From Lama guanicoe (Eukaryota), in contig MU053557.1 in assembly GCA_013239625.1 (NCBI GenBank), positions 4,928,123 through 4,992,122 of the forward strand: a stretch of 64,000 bases of DNA, read 5' to 3'. Shown one piece after another: positions 1 through 11,004 of the stretch (within the stretch, counting starts at the first letter, position 1; the number at the start of each line of letters is the position of its first letter). The notes beneath the pieces are model-generated. The model was not told the DNA's origin. It ran no database searches and was given only the letters and a program-made list of their open reading frames with translations. The position numbers were made by a program, and so were the translations under genes.

Positions 1-36
1 TAAAAAAAAACCAAAAAATTCATCATGTACACTGAC

Positions 37-111
37 CTTACATAAAACTTCAACAGGCGTGGACATCTTCTTTTCACTAATTTTTTCATATTTTTGCTTC
101 TTTGTTGCAGC
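37..111 (-). CDS. CSNK1A1: CK1 alpha exon 7 ([25 protein letters not shown]); gene continues beyond the window start
   Basis: 75 nt; acceptor ccacag|GCT, donor AAG|GTCAGT; TKKQKY basic motif. Confidence 0.97.
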
Positions 112-1152
112 CTGTGGAAAATGAATTAAACCACACAGACATACTCAACACTACTGAGAAGAACCTTATTAGTTTAACACACTAGACATAAAAGTAAAAT
201 TTGATATTCAAGAGAAATCATAGCCTAGAATAAAAAAGAATTCCAAGTATAATGCATCTAAATTTTTCTTTTCCTAAACTGTTAACTTTTCACATGACTT
301 CCTACTTTAAGAACGTTTTTAGTTATTAGGAAAGGGTGAGTCTAACAGGAACATCAAGATGTATGATTTAAGTAAAAATGGGTAGAGTTAAACTTGAAAT
401 GAGATTTTGGGGGGAAAAAGGGGGGGAGAAATAAGATTTCTTAACCCACATTCAACAACAGGGCAAAGATATAAGCAGATCAATACCATCCCTCCAAAAA
501 AAGTGCCCATGATTTAGTGACATTTATAATTGATGTTAAGTCAAAGTGTTTCTGCAACAAAGTATTCATACTGGATAATGTTACCTACACAACACTGAAC
601 TCAGATACTCAATAAATATAGGGACCATTTTCCTTTAAAGGACCAATAAAATATCAAATAGCCATTAAATTCTAGAACATAGTACTTCATCATTAACACA
701 CAAATACTCACAAAAGTAATGGTAAAACTAATTAATAGCAAGAAGTAAAATGTTAAGATAACTAAATAATACAGCTAGAATTACTAGATAAACCAGTTCC
801 ACTATACATAAAAGTATAGATTGTCAGCATAATGGCAATACATCAAAATGAGACAGTCTCCACTCTTCTTAGCCCATGTCAAGCTCTATCCCAAAAAGTT
901 ACTGGTTACCCATGGGGTACCTGCTTATTGTTGCAAAGGAAACTGTTCTTCAGGTGTGACAGTGGTAGTCTATTATTTCCTACTGAATTTCCTATTGAAG
1001 TAATCAGGTTTAATTTTCCCAATAAAAGGTAAAGATAAAGTTATTCACTCTCAGAAAACCTCATACTTGGAAGGGACCTTAAAGGTCATCTCCAATATAT
1101 ATTTGTATTATTAAAACAAAACCAAAACACTGGTAACGTCAGTTTGGCTTAC

Positions 1153-1231
1153 CTTTAGTCCTTGCCATGGCAGGCTGGTTCTATTAAAATACATCAAAAC
1201 ATATCCTAATGACTCCATGTCATCTCGGCGA
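1153..1231 (-). CDS. CSNK1A1: CK1 alpha exon 6 ([27 protein letters not shown])
   Basis: 79 nt; acceptor tctctag|TCG, donor AAG|GTAAGC; LPWQGLK CK1 motif. Confidence 0.98.
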
Positions 1232-1663
1232 CTAGAGAAAGAAAACGTAAGTTTGTAAGCTGGAATTACTGTAAAGAACATGTGAAAGTAAGTCAGGTAC
1301 ACAAGAACAAATATTCCCAAGCAAGGACAGAGACTAATTTGGTGTCTAGTGAAAAACTTACTTAGTTTATGTAATTTTTTAAAAGAAGTTCATAATGGGT
1401 TACTTCTAAACAAAATTTTCTTATAGGATCCAAAACTATAAAACACAACATCATCCAGATATTTAATTTTTAAGAAAAACGAAAAGAATTTAGCCAAATA
1501 ATTTTCTAAATGAGGTTACTAATAAAGATGGAAGAACCACGTATTAGGACACACAAGTTTTGCAGAAGCTCACAAAGATAATTTAGGGATGCTGAAATAA
1601 ATTAATATTTTAAAGCTAATTAAACAACTTTATGAATATATAAATGAACATACACTTATATTT

Positions 1664-1684
1664 ACACACACACACACACACACA
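1664..1684. repeat. (CA)n microsatellite in CSNK1A1 intron
   Basis: Direct reading. Confidence 0.95.
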
Positions 1685-2430
1685 TTCAGACAGAAACATG
1701 TATTTAAGGATTGGTAATACACTGGCTTACAGAAGATGTGAAATTATAGTTTAATTCAAGGTATTCAGATACTCATGGTTATTTCCTAAGCTTAAAACTC
1801 TTCTCATGAAGTCCCCTAATCTGAAAGCATGTAATATGTCATTTCTATGCTTGTTTTAAGAAAACAAAAACAAAAACAAGACTGATGAAAGATGAAGGTA
1901 GATGAAAAACTAGAACCCAGGTCAAAAAATAGAAAGCATAGAAATTATGACAATGTTTAAATCAAATCCTATTAATTTATGTAGGACTAGAAGAGTAGAA
2001 CAGAAGCTAGTCCACCAATACCCTTTTGGTTCACTAGGGTAACATTTTCCTTGTAAAAAAAAAAAAACCAATACATTGTTCCCCAAAACTCAACTTGCAT
2101 CACTAAAATATAAAAAGCCCAAGATCAGTATTAAGAAAATAAGAACTGTCTTCAGCTGTAAAAATAAACATAAAGTTGCATTTATCCTTTAACTTTCCAT
2201 CATGTAATATTTTCTCCCCAAGAGACAACCTTCCAAAAAAAAAAAAGAGGCCTCATTTAATTGGCTTCTCTTTATTGTCTCAACCAGCAGATAAAAAGGA
2301 TTAATGAGCATTCTTCAAATCTTCAGCCAAGAGACATCTTTAAAAATTTTAAGAATCTAATTAAAATATTTCTAAAACCTGTTAATGGTTTTTGCTATGA
2401 ATTTGATAAAAATTCAATTTTCAAACTCAC

Positions 2431-2570
2431 CTCTGTTCAATACCAAGATGTGCATTGATGCTAGCATATCGAGCAGTGCCAGTGAGATTTTTATCTTCTC
2501 TGTAAGGTATGTGTTGCCTAGTCCTGTTGTCTCTGTACTTTTTGGCCAAACCAAAATCAATAAGGAATAA
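2431..2570 (-). CDS. CSNK1A1: CK1 alpha exon 5 ([46 protein letters not shown])
   Basis: 140 nt; acceptor taaag|TTA, donor AG|GTGAGT; DFG motif and the CK1-specific SIN motif. Confidence 0.98.
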
Positions 2571-5500
2571 CTTTAAAAGAAAATAAAGAGACATTAGGTT
2601 TCCAACCTTGTTCAATTAAACTGCTTCTTATTCATTAAATGGCATCTCTATTCTACTTTGTTCAATTGTATCAAAATAAAACATCATAAGTAGAACAGAT
2701 AATGAACAAACTCAACACTCCAATCGTCTTTTACTAGTCCGTATCAAAAAAGCAAGATAAAAAAAGTTAAATGGTTGATCCTTGTCAGCGGAACAATTTC
2801 ATAGGCTCAGTTCATTACACACTCAGGAGCCTGTCTTCAGAATTTCTAAAGTAGTGGGGAAATGTATGCATGGCTTGAATAGCAGAGTTGTTGACAGGTG
2901 TGCTGTGTGCCATAATGAAGCTGACATCCTGTTACTACTAGTAAACAAGCATGGGATTTTAAAAACTAAATATGAAAAACTATCTGGAACTCTTCCATTT
3001 AACAAGGGCCACTCCCTAGTATGCAAACAGAATGTTGGTTATCTAAAGTAAGACAACTCTGGAAGTTTGATACTGACAACAAAACCAAGATTTTTATTTA
3101 CTAAAAATAAGCATTTATAAAATAAGCATGCATTTCATTTCCAACTGACATTTAGTTATGCACATGGTAAGTTTAAACTTCTAGAAAACATAACAAGTTG
3201 ATCTAAAATCTTAAAAAAAGTACTTCAGTATTTATTTAAATCAAGTGGCTTACAACAGTTTAAATGAGCTAACTAAAAACCAAACTAGATAAACAAACAA
3301 AAACACCAAACTAGCATTTTAGAACAAAATAATACTTAGAGCTATATCTCATTTATATGGTACACAGGGAATAAGGTACTCATTTTTAATATAGCTAATT
3401 GTTAAAAGCAATTCAGGTTTACTCTCCATGATTAAAACCTTTACAAGAGGAAGAAAAAAACCAAACAAAAGTATTCTTAAACAAAACAACAAAAAAACCC
3501 ACAAAATAAGCCAAAACAAAACAAAACAACAAAAAACTACCCCAAACCCAAAATATATTCATATTTACCTACTTTCTAAAGCAAAATAAGCTTAACTTAA
3601 AATTTTAGACTTTTTCATTAATCACTTACTATGGGTTATATCTATAAAGTTTATCAAGCAAAGCAGGTCTCTGTGCCCTTATACTATGTAGCCCTACACT
3701 ATTTTTTTCTAGTTATACCTAATTTTGTAGTTCTTCTCATTAGGGCGACACAAGGTCCCTTATGCCGAAGGTTACAGTCTGAGATGCGCTGGGAAACCTG
3801 ATCACCTAGACTGTTAGGGTTTACATCAAAAAATAAATTAAGCAAGTTACTGATTTAGGTGAAAAAGATATGACCAAGTGCTTCTTTTAGGAGGATGAAA
3901 AATAACTAAGATACTGTCTTAGTTATCTGTTGAATGGCAAAGACTGAGGTTTGAGCTTCTATAAACCATGGTAACAATGAAATACTTATTTCTCTTGGTC
4001 TACTACAAAAGAATGAAGACTAAAGTTTTAGTAAAATGTAACTGGATGAGAGCTCTCTAGTATGATTAAACTCACTTTTAAAAAACCCACTTCTTAAGTA
4101 ACTGAGTTATTATAAAATAGAAATATGAAAGTAAATGTTATAAAACACTAAGAGAAATAAAGCTCATACTCTTGTTTCTTTTGGTATGAAAATTAGCTCA
4201 GTATACAAATATTAAAATGAGCAAAATACACTCTTAGGTGAAACAAAAAAAAGTATGACTAAGTTCAACAGATTCACACTGAAAAGCAAACAAAGGAAAA
4301 CAAATATAAAAGGACATCCAGCGTTATGGTACTTTAAAATGAACCTTAAGAAATTATGTGGGTTATAAATGAAAAGTGATTCGGACATAGACTCTTCTCT
4401 AAGGGTTATTTTCTAGGATTGCTTCCTTTACTACCCCTAAAATGGAGGAGAAAAATAATAGGAACAACTTTGACATGATTATGTCTGATGGTAACATTCA
4501 TGTCTAAAGCTACTTTTAGTAGCTCCATTTGCAACTCAGTAATCATTTTATCACAATTAAAAGACTACTTTATAAAGATTAGGTGTTCACTAGAGAGTTC
4601 TTTTCTTATACAACTCTAAAGGAAGAAATCTAACTTATTAAGAAAATAAAAAATGTAGACACTATTTTCCTTATGTATCTCAATTTTTAATATCAAAGCA
4701 AAAAACAACAAAGCAAACAAATTTTAAATTTCCTTATAAAAACTGAAAATAAGCCAGGAAAAGTAATGCTACTGCTAAACAAAGGTATCCATTTTAAGAG
4801 CAAACAACCAAAAGGAAAACTACTTAAAATAAAAAAATTTTAAATCTCTTGATAGTACATTATCTTCTAGCACCTATCAGGCTTCCTTAGTAACTCTTTA
4901 CATTTTGAATTTAAAATAAATAAAACATATAATGAAAGTGTAATGAAACCATGTAATACCAAGGATATAAGCAAACAGCTACAAATATGCAAAGGTAAAA
5001 CCAAACAAGGAAAAATCAGTATTCAATAAGTAGTAAAACAATATATTCTTATAGATTTGCAGATGCAAAGAGAAGTCTAATCTCTTTGGTATGTCAAGTT
5101 GCTTTTCTATGAATTTTAACTACATGTTCTAAGCAAAATTTGTGCCTGTTTTAAAGAATGCAGCATATTCTTCAAAGGCATGTAGAAATGAGTTAACGTT
5201 GGCTATACTGAGATAACTCTACTTATCAGAGGTGCACTTCAGAAACATTACTGCCAATTTTAGTTTTTGGCATTTGAAGCAGTTTTTCTCTTAACCAGGG
5301 GTCACATTTCCCTGTCCTTCCAAAAAATTCACAAGGTCACTTTTTCTCATAATCCAGATAAACTATATGTAAAGAGTATGACCAATTCAATACAATTTTA
5401 TGGAAATTATTAAATGATTATGTTATACTTATATTTTAAGTAAAAATGTGCAAATGTATGGATAAGTAGAAACAGGGCAGTACAGATGCTTTACAGTGTA

Positions 5501-6659
5501 CCTAATTACCCACCATGTTACACCTCTCTGCCCAACCAAGATCTAGGCACCACAGTTGGTATTTGTGAATAAAAATAAAATTGAATTTCTGAAACCTTTC
5601 TAGCAGCAGGAGAATGTAGTCCTTGAAATAATACTGGGCAGTATAGAAATGGATGAAATGATTACCCAGATGATGTATGTGATTTAATTAAGGAACTATA
5701 AAGTATGCTCACACATCAAATGCATCTTTGATTGCTCATGCCAATACTTCCTCAGTATATACTAAATTGAATGATAAAAATTCTTTTGTTTAGGAGCTTC
5801 AAAATTTACAAACCTAAATGTGTTTTTTTAAAGCTATTTTCCCTTATCTGGAAATTAATATAGTAATAAAGCTATATAAATCCTATAAAACTAAAATAAA
5901 ATGTGAAGAGTTCTGCTTACATTAAAAAAAATTAGAAAATTATTGAAATGTTTATCTAGCCTGCTAACACTAAATCAGGTTATGCATTTGTTTAATATAT
6001 CTTATGTGCTACTAATGGGAATTGATAAGTGCTTCAATTATATTACCATTATTAGATATATATTAGAATACAATGTATTCCAGTTCCAGAACATATAATG
6101 CTCTTTAAGCATTTTTTGCCACTTGGTTGAAGGTGAGAGAATTCACATTGAGGTAAATCAATTCTGGAAACACTAGATCTGAAATCTGATCTACACTTAC
6201 CTGAAGATCATTAGGGAAGGGGAAGATAGCTGAGGCAGAATACATTCATCACACAGCACTGATGCAACTGAATTTAGATGTATATAATTTCATGCATTAA
6301 GTTCTGCAACTCCAAATACATTTTAAAAAACTAAACAGTCTACTTCAAGTTTACCATTAGGTAAAGAATTTCAATACACCAACATATTTCTTCATGTGGA
6401 TGTTAGAGATCTAAACATAACCCTGTTTTCATTTAGGTTTTCTCTAAACTTTGGAAGCTTTAAGCAAAAGCCACAAAGAAACATCTTAGTAATGTTATAT
6501 GTTTGCCAAGTATGTCTGAATAATGCCAACGTAAGAGGTGCTTGAGTAAGATCTACATTCTCCAGAATTAAAACAAAACAAAAATAATCAAAATAAAACA
6601 ATAAAAAAGAAAAGCACATGAATTTGGGATTGAGGTTGGAATAGGAGACAGTTTCAGAC

Positions 6660-6743
6660 CTGGTTTAATCCTGAGAAAGATGGGTCCTGAGAAGTACTAA
6701 CAGTCATGCTTCTTTTCCTCTTCCCCACTGGAGATTCTAAACA
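6660..6743 (-). CDS. CSNK1A1: CK1 alpha alternative 'L' insert exon, 28 aa (CLESPVGKRKRSMTVSTSQDPSFSGLNQ) with a basic NLS
   Basis: 84 nt, phase 0-0; acceptor tttag|TGT, weak donor CAG|GTCTGA; matches the known CK1alphaL insert. Confidence 0.95.
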
Positions 6744-8941
6744 CTAAACAGACAATAGAGGGTGGCAGTGCATCAAACAGTATTGCTTACATTGCAACAA
6801 TGGCCGGCGCAGACAGGCAACACCGAGGCATTAGAGAAAGAACAGGGTAGCCAAATGCCATCCTTCTTCCACCAAGCACTGTAGCTTCTCAGTTTTCCAA
6901 ATAAGAATCACATGCTTAAGAACATTTGAATTCTTTACTCAGGTTTTTAATGCCACTATATTGTGTCACTGCCTGAAACAGGGATAGCAATGGTGACATT
7001 TGGCTCTTTAATTTTTTAATCAAAAATGGGGAATTTGGATCTGTAATCTTTGGTACCACAATCTGCCCTTCCCCCAAAAAAATATTGTACAAGGGAAAAA
7101 ATCTTCAGTAAGGAAGAGGTAGAAGGCATTTAGTCACCTTAAAATTTATTTTCATAAGCATGCAGGGCTGATTACTGGAAGAGATGAGTAAATTCACTAA
7201 GACTGGAGTGACTACTCCTAAATATCAAATTCAGAACAATTTTCCAAATAAGAAATTTGACTTTAAAAATCAACCTCAAAAGCACCCCCTCCACTCTTTC
7301 CCACAAACAGAAAACTACTGGAACGAGCTACCAAGAATCCAGTCTCATACAATTGGCATTTTTTAAACTACAATACAGAAAACACTAAAAACCAACTACA
7401 TAAACAAACACTAATCCAAAATGTTCAAGAACAACATTTAGAATCTGAACCTTAGGTAAACACTGCATTTTTACCACTGGGTCTCTCTGAATCTGTATGG
7501 CAGCAAAGCAGCTTCACAATATTCTTTACTATCTCTAAAAGAGGACACAAGATTCTATAAAGGTTTACATATCACTAAGCAATTTGGACTTCTAACACAA
7601 CTATGTGATTAATAAGCTATTTTTAAAGGAGGGGGGAGCAAAGAGGAATTATCTAGGCCATCATTAAATTTAAAACAAAAACCATGTACTGCAATGTCAA
7701 CATGCAGAACACGGATCACATGATAATGGATCTTTAGCAGAAAGAAAATGGGAAGGAAAAGGGCTTGGGAAATGGTCAAAATATTAGGGTCAGCTAACAA
7801 AAGTGCCCCCCAAAATTAAGACCAGTAATTTTTTTTTCAATTAAATTACCAGGTTATACAATGAAAATTAAGAACCTGGATGCTTCAAAAAGAGAAGCCA
7901 CATAATATTAAAAACAAAAAGATGCAATTTGGGAATGGCAAGAAAGGTTATATGTAGATTTAAACACCTTTTATTATTTAAAGCTAAGCTTTCAACAACA
8001 AAAAAACCCCTTAGATTTCCTAAAACTTGGTCAGAACAACATTAATGTCTCACACATAAACAAATAACACCAGTTCTAATGGTAATGGCTCTAAGTTGGC
8101 ATTCATACAGGCAAACAAAGGTAAACATTTATAGCTAGACCTAAAAACACCAAACATTCCCTAATGGTTTAATAAAACACATGGGAATAATCCTTCCAAA
8201 AACAAAACAAAAAAACACAAAAAACCCCAAAAAGCCCCCAAGTTGTCCTGAAGTTGACAAATTTCTATCAGATCATCAGATCACAACATGCTTAGTGCAT
8301 TGCCAATGCTGCCTGTCTGCCCGAGCTCAACATTGAAATCGGTAAAGCAATTCACTCAGTAAAACTAATCATTGCAGAAAAAATTCAACATAATTAGTTT
8401 CTAACTGCAATCATACGTCACTAGCTAAAACCCAATGACCCAATAAATTCAATCATTCTGGGACCTCCCCTCAATAATGTATGAATATTCATTTCACTTG
8501 TCTCTATTTTCCTTAAAAAGGGGAGAAGAGGGGTGGAGAACTCACCCAACTTGGCATCCAAATAAAAACTGTAAACTACTTTTGAAGCACGCCCCAAATT
8601 ATCCTTTTGAATACACAAATCCAAGGACTGAAGAATTCTCATTATCAACCATGCTCAGTCAGCAAATGTTAACGCCATGGTGACAGATATGTCAGTGGTT
8701 TCCACACTGGCACAAGCACATGTATTACAAAAACCCACACTTCAGAGACAAAGGTTAAAATCTAATTTTTAGCATTCAGGAAGAAAAGTTCATGGGTTTT
8801 TTTTTTTTGACATTTGAATGAATGAAAAAGATACAATTTTTGAATAGTTAAATGATATACATGATTTACATTTCATTATAAAGCCCTTGGAATTTTATAT
8901 TTCCACATAGATAACTAATCTTGGTTAAGTTGGAGAGAATT

Positions 8942-8992
8942 TATTTCAAGTTACTAAGTTAATAGAGTATTTCAAGTTACTAAGTTAATAGA
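8942..8992. repeat. Perfect tandem duplication of 25 bp
   Basis: tatttcaagttactaagttaataga at 8942-8966 and 8968-8992. Confidence 0.97.
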
Positions 8993-9135
8993 TTATCCTT
9001 TTAGCACAATCTTTTAAACCAATTACCAATAGCAAATTCAACTTACTATGACTTTATAAAGACTGAAAAGTTCACCAAAGCAATTCTTCAAGTTTTTTAC
9101 TCTTTGTGCTGTCATGCAAAGAACATTTGACTAAC

Positions 9136-9234
9136 CTTATTACAGTGACGCCCAATACCCATTAGGAAGTTATCTGGTTTAATGTCTCTGTGTATAAAAT
9201 TCTTTGTATGCACATATTCAATTCTACTGATCAT
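9136..9234 (-). CDS. CSNK1A1: CK1 alpha exon 4 ([33 protein letters not shown])
   Basis: 99 nt; acceptor ttccag|ATG, donor [17 protein letters not shown] catalytic loop; translated by hand (not in the ORF track). Confidence 0.98.
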
Positions 9235-10776
9235 CTGGAAAAAAGAGGGGAGAGAGAATCAAGTAAGTGATTTGAATTAAGAGACGAAAGAAAGCAACAT
9301 TACTTCTCAACTATTTCAACAAGTCAATTATTTTTCAAGATCACAGGTATTTTATTAATTTTATTTAGAGTTCACAAAGATAGTGCTAGACAAAATTAAA
9401 CAGAAGGGGCAACCAGGCTCTCCATTTCTCTCTAGATTGATGGTGATCTAAGAATAAACCTGCCATGTCCTTTGGGCTTATTCTTTCCATATTAATGATT
9501 ATAAACAAGACAGTACCTAACCTGATAGGAAGAACTGATGTTTGTAATTTTTTATTCACAAAAGCAGTAAAATTTAAAATTGTTTCAGTTGTAATAAATT
9601 ATATAAAGTAAAAACCAATCTTACGCCCCCTGAGGTACCTGTGTTAAAAAAGCCTAGTATTAGCCAGATCTATTTCCAAGCTCTTATATAGTACGTACAA
9701 ATTCACATAATTTGAGAGTAGTTGTTATATAAGCTATAAGTTATTGTTATTGCTTTAAACTGATATAAAAGTATTCTACTCACTTTATTCTTGTTCCCTT
9801 ATTTTTACATATCTCAAACACTCCTGAAAGTTGGTAGCGTACAATGTAAGTACGTAACTTTTATATCAATAGGACATATACAAGCTGAGTTTCCTTCCTG
9901 CATGTTTTTTGGACTCTCCCATGATTTTCCTTCATACTACAATCATATTAAAAAACTGAAAAGGAAACATGCCATTCTAACAAGCTTTTCTTAATTTCTT
10001 GGAATCTGCCAAGTCAAATGGTATGGTTTTAGCACTGCTTTTAATGGCTACACATATTCTGTGGTATAGATGGAAGTATTCCCCAATTATCCCCTAACTC
10101 ACAGTACTCCCAATGTTTGCCTTATTTTCCCATTGTAAACAATAACGTTATTAATATATTCCAACATATCCTTATCTACTAGTGCTTTTATTTCTATGGG
10201 CTATGAATCCTGTAAGATTACAATGGGGAGTCACTGGGTTGAAGGGTACGTGTTTTTTTCATTTTGATGGGTGCTACAGGACTGCCCTTCAGAATAGGCT
10301 ATAGCAACTCACTTTCCCAGCAGCATTTTTTTCCTACTAGCAAAGTTATTTTAGTTCTTTCTAAATCTTGCCAATTTGACAGGTATTGATCTCACTTGAA
10401 TTTTCCTAACAATTTGGTAATCTACTTATTTTTACTGACCATTTGGATTTAGTACTATTCTATGAACTGTCAATCTACAGCCTTTGTCCATTATTATTTT
10501 GGCTTGTCCTTTTCTTGTCAATTTTAAAGAATTCTTTGCATATAATTGACAGTCTTTAATCAGTCATTTATTATGTAAATAGATTTAAATTGTGAAAAAT
10601 ATCTTCACTATGGCATCTTCTGTAATAGTTTTAATTTTCAAATTATCAAATATGTCTCCCTTTTCTGTAAAAGTTACAAGCTGAATTTGAAAATGTTTCT
10701 CATATCCAAAGGCTGCCAACATTATCCTTCTACCCATATGTTCTTGCTCATCTCAGTAGTATATGTCAGGATTCCA

Positions 10777-11004
10777 TTTTATTTATTTATTAATTAAAAA
10801 AAATTGAAGTACAGTCAACTACAATGTGTCAATTTCTGGTGTACAGCACAATGTCCCAGTCATGCATATACATACATATATGTTTTCATATTTTTTTATT
10901 AAAGGTTAGTACAAGATATTTAACATAGTTCCCTGTGCTATACAGAACTTTTTTTTAAATCTATTTTTATATATAGTGGCTAACATTTGTAAATCTCAAA
11001 CTCC
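10777..11004 (-). mobile_element. L1 3'UTR fragment
   Basis: ttgaagtacagtca...gtgtcaatttctggtgtacagca...ttccctgtgctataca; homologous to the copies at 46025 and 52015. Confidence 0.85.

Noticed and set aside
6785..6790. Donor-like AAT|GTAAGC just upstream of the L exon
   Set aside because: Would leave a 47-nt intron, too short for normal mammalian splicing; it falls within the duplex arm
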